The notes beneath the pieces are model-generated. The model ran no database searches. It had not been told where the DNA came from and saw nothing but the letters and a program-made list of their open reading frames with translations. 64,000 nucleotides of DNA from Thalassobaculaceae bacterium (GTDB taxonomy: Bacteria > Pseudomonadota > Alphaproteobacteria > Thalassobaculales > Thalassobaculaceae). How positions within the stretch are numbered: position 1 is the stretch's first letter; every line of letters starts with the position of its first letter. Of the stretch, positions 1-10,558 are shown piece by piece. The DNA lies in NCBI GenBank assembly GCA_965228875.1, contig OZ245843.1, positions 1,470,616-1,534,615 of the forward strand. The letters are read 5' to 3'. The position numbers were made by a program, and so were the translations under genes.

Positions 1-464
1 GTCACGCCCATCATGTTCGCCCGGCCGAGATTGGTCCGGATCGCCCGGGCGTTGTCGAGGTCGGCGCCGTCGAGATTGGTCACCGTCTCCTCGCCCTTGC
101 GCGCGCCGACCTTGGTCGAGCGGAAGTCGGCGTCGGTCAGGTCGGCCGAGGCGAGCCGGGCCTGTTCGAGGTCGGCGCCACGGAAATCGGTCTTGATAAG
201 CTTGGCGCCGGTCAGGTCGACGGCACGAAGCTGCGTGCCGGCGAGCGACGCTTCTGACAGGTTCGCGCCGACGAACTGCGCCCCCCGGAAGTCGGCATTG
301 GTAATCAGGGCACGCCGAAGATCGACACCGTTCAGCAGCGCGCCCTTGTGCTGCTGTCCCCGCAGGTCCGCGCGCTTTCCGTCACCGAAGTTGTTCAGGA
401 AGTTGACGTGCTTCCTGATGGTGTCGGCGAGCTTCCAGTCGACGTTGCTCGGATCGAATGCCAC
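1..464 (-). CDS. Pentapeptide-repeat protein (3' end runs off the window)
   Basis: Not in the ORF track; manual translation from GTG at 464 (GAGGAG upstream) gives VAFDPSNVDWKLADTIRKH...ADLRG...ADFRG...ANLSE...ADLEQ...ADLTD...ADLDN, i.e. tandem A(D/N)LxX pentapeptides. Confidence 0.85.
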   Translation of the reverse strand, partial: MAFDPSNVDWKLADTIRKHVNFLNNFGDGKRADLRGQQHKGALLNGVDLRRALITNADFRGAQFVGANLSEASLAGTQLRAVDLTGAKLIKTDFRGADLEQARLASADLTDADFRSTKVGARKGEETVTNLDGADLDNARAIRTNLGRANMMGV

Positions 465-559
465 GCGCCCCTCTCCTCGGCTTCGGTCGTGCTTCGGCGC
501 GCTTCCCGAATCGGGAAGTATTCCATTCTACCCTATAAGGTACCGCATTTCAGGGTTTT

Positions 560-1318
560 TCAGGCACCGTCGAAATATCTGGAGCCGTCCGGCAGCGTTT
601 CGAAGACCAGTTGGAATCGGTCGGCCGCGTAGCGGACGTGCGAAAGCTGGATCGGCTGTCCGTCGCTGTCGACGTTGACCGACTCCGCGAACAGGATCGG
701 ACGGGTCCGCGGCTGCGACAGGATTTCCACGTCCGCCGGGTCGGGCATGCGGGCCGTGACCTTCGTCACCGCCCGCGCATAGTCGGCGATGCCGTGATGC
801 TCCATCACGCGGGTGATGGAATGGGTCGGCTCGTAGGCCGCGGCGAACTCCGGAAACCGTCGCGCGGGGAACCAGTGGGTACCGTAGGACAACGGCCGTC
901 CGTCGACCTCGCCGACCGTCTCCAGACGCAGAACCGCTGTTCCCGGCGTGAGTCCGAGCACCTCGGCGACCTCCTTGCCGGCCCGCATGCGCCGCAGCGA
1001 CAGGCTGCGACCGCCGGGACTGCGGTTCGCCCGCCGCACGTTCTCGGTGAAGCGGGTACGACGCCCAACCAGGTACTCCAGCACGTTCTCCCGCACGAAC
1101 GCGCCGCGCCCCTGCTCGACTCGCACCAGTCCCCGGTCGACCAGCGCGGAAATCGCCCGACGCAGGGTGTGCCGGTTGACGCCGAACCGCCGTGACAGCT
1201 CCGCCTCGGTCGGCAGCCGCTGTCCCTCGTCCCAGCGCCGATTGCGAATCTCCTCGGCGAGGGTGTGCTCGATCTGGCGCCAGACCGCCAATCCGGACTC
1301 ACGGTCGATGACCGTCAT
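560..1318 (-). CDS. phnF: GntR/HutC-family phosphonate metabolism regulator
   Basis: N-terminal wHTH (LPTEAELSRRFGVNRHTLRRAI..LVDRGLV) plus UTRA-like domain; divergent from phnG. Confidence 0.92.
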   Translation of the reverse strand: MTVIDRESGLAVWRQIEHTLAEEIRNRRWDEGQRLPTEAELSRRFGVNRHTLRRAISALVDRGLVRVEQGRGAFVRENVLEYLVGRRTRFTENVRRANRSPGGRSLSLRRMRAGKEVAEVLGLTPGTAVLRLETVGEVDGRPLSYGTHWFPARRFPEFAAAYEPTHSITRVMEHHGIADYARAVTKVTARMPDPADVEILSQPRTRPILFAESVNVDSDGQPIQLSHVRYAADRFQLVFETLPDGSRYFDGA

Positions 1319-1404
1319 GGCCCGCGCTCCCGTCACAAATTGTTAATGGACGACGGCTTTACAGCCCCGGAATTCTCCATCATATTGCCGTCAATAAGTC
1401 TGGA

Positions 1405-1414
1405 TGTCTAGACA
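1405..1414. promoter_or_regulatory. Putative PhnF operator (TGTCTAGACA)
   Basis: Perfect 10-bp palindrome matching the HutC-subfamily GT-N-TA-N-AC pattern in the phnF/phnG divergent spacer. Confidence 0.7.
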
Positions 1415-1430
1415 AATTGGAAATTCGTCG

Positions 1431-1913
1431 ATGACCTCGAAACGCCCCACGGCCTGCTCGCCGGAACAGAGCGCCGAACGACGCGCCCGCCAGCGCTGGA
1501 TGTCGATCCTCGCCAAGGCCGACTTCGCCGATCTCGACGCGCTCTGGAACAACCTGCCCTCCAAACCCGCCTGGACGGTCATCCGCCCGCCGGAGACCGG
1601 CATGGTGATGGCCCGCGGCCGCGCCGGCGGCACCGGCCAGCGCTTCAACATCGGCGAGGTGACGGTGACGCGCTGCGCCGTACAGCTCGACTACGGCGCG
1701 GTCGGTTTCGGCTACGTGATGGGCCGCAACCGCCGACATGCGGAGCTGGCGGCGGCGGTCGACGCAATCATGCAGACGCCGTCGCGCCGCGACGCGCTGG
1801 AACGGGCCCTGATCGCTCCGCTGGGACTGCGTCATGAGGCGGCGAAGCGCGAGCGCGGCCAGAAAGCGGCATCGACGAAGGTCGATTTCTTCACCCTCGT
1901 GCGCGGAGACTGA
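1431..1913 (+). CDS. phnG: C-P lyase subunit PhnG
   Basis: Motifs RPPETGMVMARGRAGGTGQRFNIGEVTVTRC and KAASTKVDFFTLVRGD; first gene of the operon; ATG at 1431 chosen. Confidence 0.95.
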   Translation: MTSKRPTACSPEQSAERRARQRWMSILAKADFADLDALWNNLPSKPAWTVIRPPETGMVMARGRAGGTGQRFNIGEVTVTRCAVQLDYGAVGFGYVMGRNRRHAELAAAVDAIMQTPSRRDALERALIAPLGLRHEAAKRERGQKAASTKVDFFTLVRGD

Positions 1914-1915
1914 GC

Positions 1916-2539
1916 ATGGCCACGATGACGGATATCAAGCCGGGCTTCCGCGATCCGGTTCTCGACTCCCAGGCGGTGTTCCGTGCCGTGCTCGACGCCA
2001 TGGCCCGCCCCGGCAGGTGTCTGGCCCTGCCTCCGCTCTGCGAGACGCCGGAACCGCTGGATCCAGCGACGGCGGCCGTCTGCCTGACGTTGGTCGACCA
2101 GGACACGCCCCTATGGCTGGCGCCGGATCTCCGCTCCAAGGAGGCCGAGGCGTTTCTCCGTTTCCATTGCGGCTGCGCGCTTGTCGACGACCCCGCCCGG
2201 GCGGCCTTCGCCGTTACGTCGGCGACGAAGCTGCCGGCGCTCGACGGCTTCGCCATCGGCGACGACGCCTATCCCGAGACGTCGACGACGGTGATCGTTC
2301 AGGCCAAGGCCCTGTCGCCCGAGACCAGGACCCAGGCGCCGGAGGATGCAGTGACCTTGCGCGGTCCCGGCATCGCCGACCGGCACCGGCTGACCGTCGA
2401 CGGCCTGCGCCCCGGTGTCTGGGACGAGTGGGCCGACAACCGGGCGCTGTTCCCCTGCGGCATCGACCTGATCCTGGTGGCCGGCGCGACCCTGGCCGCC
2501 TTGCCCCGCACCACCGTTGTCACCGAGCGAGAGGGCTGA
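1916..2539 (+). CDS. phnH: C-P lyase subunit PhnH
   Basis: GFRDPVLDSQAVFRAVLDAMARPG, YPETSTT, LRGPGI, FPCGID, ALPRTT motifs. Confidence 0.95.
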   Translation: MATMTDIKPGFRDPVLDSQAVFRAVLDAMARPGRCLALPPLCETPEPLDPATAAVCLTLVDQDTPLWLAPDLRSKEAEAFLRFHCGCALVDDPARAAFAVTSATKLPALDGFAIGDDAYPETSTTVIVQAKALSPETRTQAPEDAVTLRGPGIADRHRLTVDGLRPGVWDEWADNRALFPCGIDLILVAGATLAALPRTTVVTEREG

Positions 2540-2542
2540 GCC

Positions 2543-3649
2543 ATGTATGTCGCCGTCAAGGGTGGCGAGAAAGCCATCAGAAACTCGCAGCAGCTGCTCG
2601 CCGAGGAACGGCGGGGCGATCCGGCCGTTCCGGAACTCTCCCTCGACCAGATCCGCGAGCAGATGAGTCTGGCCGTCGACCGGGTCATGACCGAGGGCTC
2701 GCTGTATGACCCCGAACTCGCCGCCCTGGCGATCAAGCAGGCGCGCGGCGACCTTCAGGAGGCGATCTTCCTGCTGCGGGCTTACCGCACCACCCTGCCC
2801 CGCTTCGGCGACGGCGAGCCGATCGACACGGCGCGGATGGCGGTCCGCCGGCGGATCTCCGCCACCTACAAGGACCTGCCCGGCGGCCAGATCCTGGGAC
2901 CGAGCTTCGACTACACCCATCGCCTGCTCGACTTCGCTCTGGCCGCCGGCGACAACCGGCCGGCCGCCGAGATCGCCGAGACTCCGGTCGAGAGCGGCAT
3001 GCCCCGGGTCACGGAGATCCTGAACTACGAGGGTCTGATCGAGACCGAGCAGCCCGACCGGGACGACGAGCCGGTGTTCGACCTGACGCGGAACTCGCCG
3101 CGCTATCCGGCGGAGCGGGCCGCGCGGCTGCAGAACCTGGCGCGCGGGGACGAGGGTTTCATCCTGGCGCTGGGCTACTCCACCCAGCGCGGCTTCGGCA
3201 ACAACCACCCCTTCGCCGGCGAAATCCGCATGGGCGAGGTCGCGGTCGAGTTCGCCCCGGAGGAGCTCGGCTTCCCGATCGAGATCGGCGAGATCACCGT
3301 CACGGAGTGCCAGATGATCAACCAGTTCAAGGGCTCCGCGTCGCAGCCGCCGCAGTTCACCCAGGGCTACGGCCTGACTTTCGGACACTGCGAGCGCAAG
3401 GCGATGTCGATGGCGTTGGTGGACCGGGCGCTGCGGGCCCGCGAGTTTGACGAGCCGATCGACGCGCCGGCCCAGGACGAGGAGTTCGTCATGGCCCATT
3501 CCGACAACGTCGAGGCGTCGGGCTTCGTGCAGCACCTGAAGCTGCCGCACTACGTCGATTTCCAGGCGGAGCTGGTGACCGTGCGCGCGCTGCGCCAGAG
3601 CTTCATGGAGCAGGCCGACCCCGACGACGTGCCCGATGCGGCGGAGTGA
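2543..3649 (+). CDS. phnI: C-P lyase subunit PhnI
   Basis: MYVAVKGGEKAI start; RRISATYKDLPGGQILGP; GFVQHLKLPHYVDFQAEL. Confidence 0.97.
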   Translation: MYVAVKGGEKAIRNSQQLLAEERRGDPAVPELSLDQIREQMSLAVDRVMTEGSLYDPELAALAIKQARGDLQEAIFLLRAYRTTLPRFGDGEPIDTARMAVRRRISATYKDLPGGQILGPSFDYTHRLLDFALAAGDNRPAAEIAETPVESGMPRVTEILNYEGLIETEQPDRDDEPVFDLTRNSPRYPAERAARLQNLARGDEGFILALGYSTQRGFGNNHPFAGEIRMGEVAVEFAPEELGFPIEIGEITVTECQMINQFKGSASQPPQFTQGYGLTFGHCERKAMSMALVDRALRAREFDEPIDAPAQDEEFVMAHSDNVEASGFVQHLKLPHYVDFQAELVTVRALRQSFMEQADPDDVPDAAE

Positions 3650-3660
3650 GGAGAGGACCC

Positions 3661-4617
3661 ATGGCTGACGTGATCGACCACCCGAGCCGCAACGCCGCCT
3701 CCCCTCAGGACGCGCGGACGGCCAGCGGCTACAACTTCGCCTACCTGGACGAGCAGACCAAGCGGATGATCCGCCGCGCCATACTGAAGGGCGTGGCGGT
3801 GCCGGGGTACCAGGTGCCGTTCGGTTCGCGCGAGATGCCGCTGCCCTACGGCTGGGGGACCGGCGGCATTCAGGTGACCGCCGCCGTCATCGGCCCCGAC
3901 GACACCCTCAAGGTGATCGACCAGGGAGCCGACGACACGACGAACGCCGTCAACATACGCAGCTTCTTCGCCAAGACCGCCGGCGTGGCCACCACCGAGC
4001 GCACGACCGAGGCGACGGTGATCCAGACCCGTCACCGGATCCCCGAGACGCCGCTGACCGAGGATCAGATCCTGGTCTATCAGGTGCCGATCCCCGAGCC
4101 GCTGCGCTGGCTCGAGCCGCGCGAGGCCGAGACCCGCAAGATGCATGCGCTCGAGGAGTACGGCGCGATGCATGTCAGCCTGTACGAGGACATCACCCGG
4201 TACGGCCGCATCACCAAGTCCTACAACTACCCGGTCCGGGTCGACGGCCGCTACGTGATGTCGCCGAGCCCGATCCCTAAGTTCGACAACCCGAAGATGG
4301 ACCACATGGCGGCCCTGCAGCTGTTCGGCGCCGGGCGCGAGAAGCGGATCTACGCGGTTCCGCCCTATACCGAGGTGAAGTCCCTCGACTTCGAGGACCA
4401 TCCCTTCACGATCGAAAGCTGGGATCAGTGCTGCGCGCTGTGCGGGGCCGGGGACAGCTACCTCGACGAGGTCGTCACCGACGACAAGGGCGGCAAGATG
4501 TACGTCTGCTCCGACAGCGACTACTGCGAGCAACGCCGGGCGGCTGGCCATTCGGGCGACGGCGGCGATCCGTCATACGCGTCCCGCGACGCCATCCCGG
4601 CCGGAGAGGAAGCATGA
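3661..4617 (+). CDS. phnJ: C-P lyase radical SAM subunit PhnJ
   Basis: YNFAYLDEQTKRMIRR, EMPLPYGWGTGG, C-terminal CALC...CSDSDYC cluster; GAGAGG RBS before ATG 3661. Confidence 0.97.
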   Translation: MADVIDHPSRNAASPQDARTASGYNFAYLDEQTKRMIRRAILKGVAVPGYQVPFGSREMPLPYGWGTGGIQVTAAVIGPDDTLKVIDQGADDTTNAVNIRSFFAKTAGVATTERTTEATVIQTRHRIPETPLTEDQILVYQVPIPEPLRWLEPREAETRKMHALEEYGAMHVSLYEDITRYGRITKSYNYPVRVDGRYVMSPSPIPKFDNPKMDHMAALQLFGAGREKRIYAVPPYTEVKSLDFEDHPFTIESWDQCCALCGAGDSYLDEVVTDDKGGKMYVCSDSDYCEQRRAAGHSGDGGDPSYASRDAIPAGEEA

Positions 4618-5411
4618 CCGACCCATCGACCTTCGACAGACCGTCGCCCCTGCTCCAGGTCCGCGGCCTCTCCCATCGGTACGGCCGCCATATCGGCTGC
4701 CGCAACGTGGCGTTCGACCTGTATCCGGGCGAGGTGCTCGGCATCGTCGGCGAGTCCGGCTCGGGCAAGACGACGCTGCTGAAATGCGTGTCCGGCCAGC
4801 TGGAGCCGAGCGAAGGCGCGATCGAGTACCGCACGCGCGACGCCGGCCTGATCGACCTCTACCGGATGAGCGAGGCGCGCCGCCGTCTGCTGATGCGCAC
4901 CGACTGGGGCATCGTCTACCAGAACCCGCGCGACGGCCTGCGCATGCGGGTCTCCGCCGGCGCCAATGTGGGCGAGCGGCTGATGGCGATCGGCGACCGG
5001 CACTACGGCCACATCCGCACCGAGGCGGTCGACTGGCTGGAACGGGTGGAGATGGATATCGGCCGCATCGACGACATGCCGCACACCTTCTCCGGCGGCA
5101 TGCAGCAGCGCCTGCAGATCGCCCGAAACCTGGTCACCAAGCCCCGGCTGGTTTTCATGGACGAGCCGACCTCCGGCCTCGACGTGTCGGTGCAGGCCCG
5201 TCTGCTCGATCTGATCCGCGGGCTGGTGCGCACTCTCGGCATCGCCTGCGTGATCGTGACCCACGATCTCGGCGTGGTCCGGCTGCTGTCGCACCGGCTC
5301 ATGGTGATGAAGGGCGGCAACGTGGTGGAGAGCGGCCTGACCGACCAGGTGCTCGACGACCCGCAGCACCCCTATACCCAGCTCCTCGTCTCCTCGATCC
5401 TACCGGTGTGA
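4614..5411 (+). CDS. phnK: C-P lyase ABC-type ATPase PhnK
   Basis: GESGSGKT Walker A, LMRTDWGIVYQNPRDGLRM, FSGGMQQRLQIARNLV; ATGA overlap with phnJ stop. Confidence 0.95.
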   Translation: MTDPSTFDRPSPLLQVRGLSHRYGRHIGCRNVAFDLYPGEVLGIVGESGSGKTTLLKCVSGQLEPSEGAIEYRTRDAGLIDLYRMSEARRRLLMRTDWGIVYQNPRDGLRMRVSAGANVGERLMAIGDRHYGHIRTEAVDWLERVEMDIGRIDDMPHTFSGGMQQRLQIARNLVTKPRLVFMDEPTSGLDVSVQARLLDLIRGLVRTLGIACVIVTHDLGVVRLLSHRLMVMKGGNVVESGLTDQVLDDPQHPYTQLLVSSILPV

Positions 5412-5415
5412 CGCC

Positions 5416-6129
5416 ATGACCGATCTCGACGATACCGTGATGCTCCACGCCCAGGGCTTGGCCAAGCACTTCATCCTGCACAATCAGGGCGGGGTGAGAA
5501 TCGACGTGTTCTCGCAGGTAGAGCTGACCGCGCGCCAGGGCGAGTGCGTGATCCTTGCGGGTCCGTCCGGTGCCGGCAAATCGACCCTGCTGCGCTCGCT
5601 CTACGCCAACTACAAGCCGCAGTCCGGGTCGGTCTTCGTCCGCCACGCCCGGAGCTGGGTCGACCTGTGCGCCGCGCAGCCGTTCGAGATCATGCAGGTG
5701 CGCCGCGACACGCTGGGCTATGTCAGCCAGTTCCTGCGCGTGATCCCGCGGGTACCGACCCTGGACCTTGTCAGCGAGCCGCTGATCGGCCAGGGACTCA
5801 GCGAGGACGCGGCCCGCGAGCGGGCCGCCACCATCCTGGCCCGCCTGCGGATCCCCGAGGCGCTCTGGACCCTGCCGCCCGCCACCTTCTCCGGCGGCGA
5901 GCAGCAACGGGTCAACATAGCCATGACCTTCGTTCAGGACTATCCGATCCTGCTTCTGGACGAGCCGACGGCCTCGCTCGACAAGGACAACCGCCAGACG
6001 GTGGTCGATCTGATAAACGAGGCCAAGGCGCGCGGCGCGGCCATCATCGGAATCTTCCACGACGCCGAGGTGCGCGACCTCGTCGGCACCCGCACGTACG
6101 ACGTCACCGAAGCGAGACAGGCCGCATGA
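5416..6129 (+). CDS. phnL: C-P lyase ABC-type ATPase PhnL
   Basis: KHFILHNQGG, GPSGAGKS, GYVSQFLRVIPRV, PATFSGGEQQRVNIA. Confidence 0.95.
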   Translation: MTDLDDTVMLHAQGLAKHFILHNQGGVRIDVFSQVELTARQGECVILAGPSGAGKSTLLRSLYANYKPQSGSVFVRHARSWVDLCAAQPFEIMQVRRDTLGYVSQFLRVIPRVPTLDLVSEPLIGQGLSEDAARERAATILARLRIPEALWTLPPATFSGGEQQRVNIAMTFVQDYPILLLDEPTASLDKDNRQTVVDLINEAKARGAAIIGIFHDAEVRDLVGTRTYDVTEARQAA

Positions 6130-7271
6130 ACCACGTCCTCACCCTGACCAACGCCGAGATCGTCCTCGATGACGAGGTCGTCCGCGGCACCCTGCGGATC
6201 GAGAACGGACGTATCGCCGACGTGAGCCAAGGCGGCACCGCCGTCGCCGGCGCCGAGAACCTTGACGGCGACTTTCTCTGTCCCGGCCTGGTCGAACTGC
6301 ACACCGACAATCTGGAGAAGCACGTCCAGCCGCGCCCGAAGGTGCAGTGGCCGACCTCCTCCGCCCTGCTCGCCCATGACGCCCAGGTGGTCGCCTCCGG
6401 CATCACCACGGTACTCGACGCCATCGCCGTCGGCGGCACGCTGAGCGAGGACGTGCGCGACTATCTGGTGCGCGAATCCTCCGAGGCGATCCACCGGTTC
6501 CGCGAGGACGGCCTGCTGCGCGCCGACCACCATCTGCACATGCGCTGCGAGGTGGCGCACAAGGACGTCCTGACCCTGTTCGAGCCGTTCAAGTCCGATC
6601 CGCTGGTCAGGCTGGTCTCGCTGATGGACCACACGCCGGGCCAGCGCCAGTTCGTGAACCTCGAGAAGCTGCGGGTCTACTACAAGGGCCGCCACCAGCT
6701 GGACGACGCCGCCTTCGAGCAGATGATCATCGACCGCAAGGAGGCCCAGGCACTCTACTCCGACAAGCACCGCAAGGCGCTGGTGGAGATGGCCCGCGAG
6801 GCCGGCCACCCGTTGGCCAGCCACGACGACGCCACCCTGGAGCACGTGGACGAGGCGATGGAGATGGGGATCACCATCAGCGAGTTTCCGACGACCCTGG
6901 AGGCCGCGCGGGCATCCCATGCCAGGGGCATCCGCACGATCATGGGCGGGCCGAACGTGGTGCGCGGCGGTTCCCATTCCGGCAACGTGTCGGCGGCGGA
7001 TCTGGCGGAGGAAGGCGTCCTGGACGCGCTCTCCAGCGACTACGTGCCGGCGAGCCTGCTGCACGGCGCCCTGCTGCTGAACGAGAAGCACGGGATCGCC
7101 CTGCCCGCGGCGCTGGCTACGGTCACCCGCAATCCCGCCGACATGATCGGTATGGAGGATCGGGGGCGTATCGCCGCCGGCAGGCGGGCGGATCTGGTCC
7201 GCTTCCGCAAACTCGACGACGGCGTGCCGGCGGTGCGCCGCGTGTGGCGCGAAGGCATTCGGGTGCTGTGA
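6126..7271 (+). CDS. phnM: alpha-D-ribose 1-methylphosphonate 5-triphosphate diphosphatase PhnM
   Basis: [59 protein letters not shown] overlap with phnL. Confidence 0.96.
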   Translation: MNHVLTLTNAEIVLDDEVVRGTLRIENGRIADVSQGGTAVAGAENLDGDFLCPGLVELHTDNLEKHVQPRPKVQWPTSSALLAHDAQVVASGITTVLDAIAVGGTLSEDVRDYLVRESSEAIHRFREDGLLRADHHLHMRCEVAHKDVLTLFEPFKSDPLVRLVSLMDHTPGQRQFVNLEKLRVYYKGRHQLDDAAFEQMIIDRKEAQALYSDKHRKALVEMAREAGHPLASHDDATLEHVDEAMEMGITISEFPTTLEAARASHARGIRTIMGGPNVVRGGSHSGNVSAADLAEEGVLDALSSDYVPASLLHGALLLNEKHGIALPAALATVTRNPADMIGMEDRGRIAAGRRADLVRFRKLDDGVPAVRRVWREGIRVL

Positions 7272-7906
7272 TGGACGGTCTGCGCTCGAACCCGAAGAAG
7301 CTCAACGCCGACGGCGCCCTGATCCACCCGGACGCCCATGTACAGGACAGCACCTTCGGGGCCTGGACCGAGGTCGGCGCGCGGACCAGCGTGGTCGAGA
7401 GCAGCTTCGGCGACTACAGCTACGTGGTCTCCGACAGCCAGATCATCTACACGACGGTCGGCAAGTTCGCGAACATCGCCTCCCACACCCGGATCAATCC
7501 GGGGAATCACCCGCACTGGCGCGCCAGCCTGCACCATTTCATGTACCGATCGGCCTCGTACGACCTCGGCGAGGATGACGGCGACTTCTTCGACTGGCGG
7601 CGCGACCACCACTGCACGATCGGCCACGACACCTGGATCGGCCACGGCGCCGTCATCATGGCGGGGGTCAGCGTCGGCGACGGCGCGATCGTCGGCTCCG
7701 GCGCCATCGTCACCAAGGATGTGCCGGCCTACACCGTCGTCGTCGGCAATCCGGCCAGGGTGATGCGCCGCCGCGTCTCCGAGGCCGTGGAGGAGAAGCT
7801 GCGCGCCATTGCCTGGTGGGACTGGAGCCACGACCTCCTGCGCGCGCGGATGGACGATTTCCGGTCGCTCGACGCCGAAGCCTTCGCCGCGAAATATGCC
7901 GGCTGA
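7271..7906 (+). CDS. Phosphonate-cluster hexapeptide-repeat (CAT/DapD-like) acetyltransferase
   Basis: [63 protein letters not shown] coupling to phnM. Confidence 0.88.
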   Translation: MDGLRSNPKKLNADGALIHPDAHVQDSTFGAWTEVGARTSVVESSFGDYSYVVSDSQIIYTTVGKFANIASHTRINPGNHPHWRASLHHFMYRSASYDLGEDDGDFFDWRRDHHCTIGHDTWIGHGAVIMAGVSVGDGAIVGSGAIVTKDVPAYTVVVGNPARVMRRRVSEAVEEKLRAIAWWDWSHDLLRARMDDFRSLDAEAFAAKYAG

Positions 7907-8492
7907 CGTCGGGTTGTCTGGTGGAAGGGCCGGCCGGGGCACCCTGATCCTGGTGGTCGGGCCGTCCGGTTCCGGCAAGGACACGCTGATCGACGCCGCC
8001 CGCTCGGCGCTGGCGACGGACCCGCGGTTCCACTTCCCGACGCGCGACATCACCCGCCCCGCCGAGGCCGGCGGCGAGGCGCACAACCCGGTCGACGTCG
8101 CCGCCTTCGACGCCCGCCGCGCGGCCGGCTCCTATGCGCTGTCATGGGGCGCGCACGACCTGCTCTACGGGGTCCCGGCGGACATCGCGGACGTACTGGC
8201 CACCGGCAGATCGGTCGTGGTCAACGTCTCGCGCTCGGTGATCGACGAGGCACGCCGGCGCTTCCCACCGACCGCGGTGGTCAGTCTCTCGGTGCCCGAG
8301 GCCGTGCTGCGCGCCCGCCTGGCCGGCCGAGGCCGCGAAACCGCCGAGCAGATCGAGTCACGGGTCGCCCGCGCCGCCGCCGTCACGGTCGGCGGCCCCG
8401 ATGTCTTCGAGGTCGTGAACGACGGCACCGTCGACCTGGCCGTGCGCCGTTTCCTCGACGCCCTGGAACGCGCGGACCTGCTGACGTCCTGA
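7896..8492 (+). CDS. phnN: Ribose 1,5-bisphosphokinase PhnN
   Basis: [44 protein letters not shown]. Confidence 0.92.
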   Translation: MPADVGLSGGRAGRGTLILVVGPSGSGKDTLIDAARSALATDPRFHFPTRDITRPAEAGGEAHNPVDVAAFDARRAAGSYALSWGAHDLLYGVPADIADVLATGRSVVVNVSRSVIDEARRRFPPTAVVSLSVPEAVLRARLAGRGRETAEQIESRVARAAAVTVGGPDVFEVVNDGTVDLAVRRFLDALERADLLTS

Positions 8493-8495
8493 CCG

Positions 8496-8546
8496 CCTTC
8501 ACCAAACCGTCACGGTGACGTCCGCAAATCTTCACGCGTTCGTCAC
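8496..8546 (+). promoter_or_regulatory. Pho-box-like array upstream of phnC
   Basis: Heptamers at exact 11-bp spacing: CCTTCAC 8496, CCGTCAC 8507, ACGTCCG 8518 (degenerate), TCTTCAC 8529, TCGTCAC 8540; resembles CTGTCAT-N4 repeats. Confidence 0.65.
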
Positions 8547-8663
8547 CGGCATTTTGCCGGTCGGGCGTAGCTACCGCACTGCACAAGACGCACGAACCAT
8601 CCTTCGCCCGATCGCCGTTATCGGTGCGGCGGCGGATGTCGTTCCAGGCAGCGGGGGCGCGCC

Positions 8664-9488
8664 ATGCTCGAAATCCGGAGTCTCGACAAGCATTTCGGCC
8701 AGGTCCGCGCGGTCGATGCGGTGTCCCTCGACATCCCGAACGGACAGATGGTCGGCGTGATCGGCCGCTCCGGCGCCGGAAAATCGACGCTGCTCCGCCT
8801 GATCAACCGTCTCGCCGAGCCGACCGGCGGCAGCATCCTGTTCGAAGGTCGCACGGTCAGCGCGCTCAAGGGACGCGAGCTGATGGCCTGGCGGGCCCGA
8901 TGCTCGATGATCTTCCAGCAGTTCAACCTGGTGAACCGGCTCGACGTGATCACGAACGTGCTGCTTGGCCGTCTGAACCACCACGGTTTCATTGACAGCA
9001 TGCTGAAGCGCTTCACCCCGGCGGAGCGGGTGATGGCGATCCGCGCCCTCGACCGGCTGGACATGGCGCAGACGGCGCTGCAACGGGCCGACACGCTGTC
9101 CGGCGGTCAGCAGCAGCGGGTCGCGATCGCCCGCGCGCTGATGCAGGAGCCGCGCATTCTGCTGGCCGACGAGCCGATCGCCTCGCTCGATCCGCGCAAC
9201 GCGACGGTCGTGATGGACGCGCTGCGGGCGATCAACAGGGAGGAAGGGATCACGGTGATCTGCAACCTCCACACCCTCGACACCGCGCGTCAGTACTGCG
9301 ACCGCATCGTCGGCATGCACGCCGGCCGCGTGGTGTTCGACGGTTCCGCCGATTCCCTGACCACCGACGTCGCCCGCGAGATCTACGGCGTCGACGGTCT
9401 CGACGAGGCGCTCAGCGAGAGCGTCACGTCCACATCCCTCGGCCCCTCCCAGAACGGGATCGGTCCGCACCGGGCGGCGGTCGCCTGA
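8664..9488 (+). CDS. phnC: Phosphonate ABC transporter ATP-binding protein
   Basis: [62 protein letters not shown]. Confidence 0.95.
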   Translation: MLEIRSLDKHFGQVRAVDAVSLDIPNGQMVGVIGRSGAGKSTLLRLINRLAEPTGGSILFEGRTVSALKGRELMAWRARCSMIFQQFNLVNRLDVITNVLLGRLNHHGFIDSMLKRFTPAERVMAIRALDRLDMAQTALQRADTLSGGQQQRVAIARALMQEPRILLADEPIASLDPRNATVVMDALRAINREEGITVICNLHTLDTARQYCDRIVGMHAGRVVFDGSADSLTTDVAREIYGVDGLDEALSESVTSTSLGPSQNGIGPHRAAVA

Positions 9489-9538
9489 CCGCGCCCACCC
9501 AATCCCCAAACGCATCCGCGTTCAAAGGAGACAAGGCA

Positions 9539-10477
9539 ATGATCGCACGTCGCACTCTGTTCGCCGCCGCCGGCCTCGCGGCCCTGGCGGGGCTGTCCGC
9601 CACCGGCGCCCATGCCGCCGACGACTGGCGCAAGGATGTGCCGGTGTTCCGCGTCGGCATCCTCGGCGGTGAGAACGAGGCCGACCGGCTGAAGAACTAC
9701 GCCTGCTTCAAGGATCATCTGGAGGCCCGCCTCGACGTCCCGGTCGAGCTCTATCCCGCCTCCGACTATGCCGGCGTGATGCAGGGCCTGATCTCCGGCA
9801 ACCTGGAGTATGCCGGTCTCGGCTCCTCCGGGTATGCCGGCATCTCGATCCAGGATCCGGATGCGGTCGAGCCGCTGGTCACCACCGAGCAGGTCGACGG
9901 CTCTCTCGGCTACTACTCCGTCCTGTATGTCCGCGCCGACAGCCCCTACAAGTCGCTCGACGACCTCAAGGGCAAGACCCTGGCCTTCGCCGACCCGAAC
10001 TCGACCTCCGGCTATCTGGTGCCGTCCTACGAGCTCAAGTCGACAGGCTACGATCCGAAGACGTTCTTCTCCAAGACCGGTTTCGGCGGCGGCCACGAGC
10101 AGGCCGTGGTCGCGGTCCTGAACAACCAGTACGACGCCGGCGTCACCTGGACCTCCGGTGTCGGCGAGGCAGCCAAGGGCTACAGCCGCGGCAACCTGCG
10201 CAAGATGGTCGACAAGGGCGCGCTGAACATGGACGACATCCGCATCATCTGGAAGTCGAACCTGATCACCAACGGCCCGCGCGTGATCCGCAAGGATGTT
10301 CCGCAGGCGCTGAAGGACATGGTCCGCGGCATCCTGGTCAGCCTGCCGCTCGAGGACAAGGCCTGCGCCGAAGCCATCGCCGGCGGCAAGTTCAACAGCT
10401 TCCAGCCGATCGGCCACGACTTCTACAAGCCGATCATCGAGATGCGCCGCGAGCTGCAGAAGGCGCGCCGCGGCTGA
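9539..10477 (+). CDS. phnD: Phosphonate ABC transporter substrate-binding protein
   Basis: Signal peptide; DYAGVMQG, GYYSVLYV, AFADPNSTSGYLVP, FGGGHEQAV. Confidence 0.93.
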   Translation: MIARRTLFAAAGLAALAGLSATGAHAADDWRKDVPVFRVGILGGENEADRLKNYACFKDHLEARLDVPVELYPASDYAGVMQGLISGNLEYAGLGSSGYAGISIQDPDAVEPLVTTEQVDGSLGYYSVLYVRADSPYKSLDDLKGKTLAFADPNSTSGYLVPSYELKSTGYDPKTFFSKTGFGGGHEQAVVAVLNNQYDAGVTWTSGVGEAAKGYSRGNLRKMVDKGALNMDDIRIIWKSNLITNGPRVIRKDVPQALKDMVRGILVSLPLEDKACAEAIAGGKFNSFQPIGHDFYKPIIEMRRELQKARRG

Positions 10478-10492
10478 CCGCAGCGACCTGCG

Positions 10493-10521
10493 ACGGGCGG
10501 AGGGGCTCCCCTTCCGCCCGT
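10493..10521 (+). terminator. Intercistronic stem-loop after phnD
   Basis: ACGGGCGGAGGGG-CTC-CCCTTCCGCCCGT, followed by a short T run. Confidence 0.6.
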
Positions 10522-10558
10522 TTCTCATCGTACGAGACGTCTACCCGAGGACGGGCCC

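Noticed and set aside
5544..7271. Apparent long N-terminal extensions of PhnM (also PhnK, second PhnE, PxpC and ArsC in the ORF track)
   Set aside because: Upstream in-frame starts fall inside neighbouring genes; ATGA couplings or RBS sites mark the true starts.
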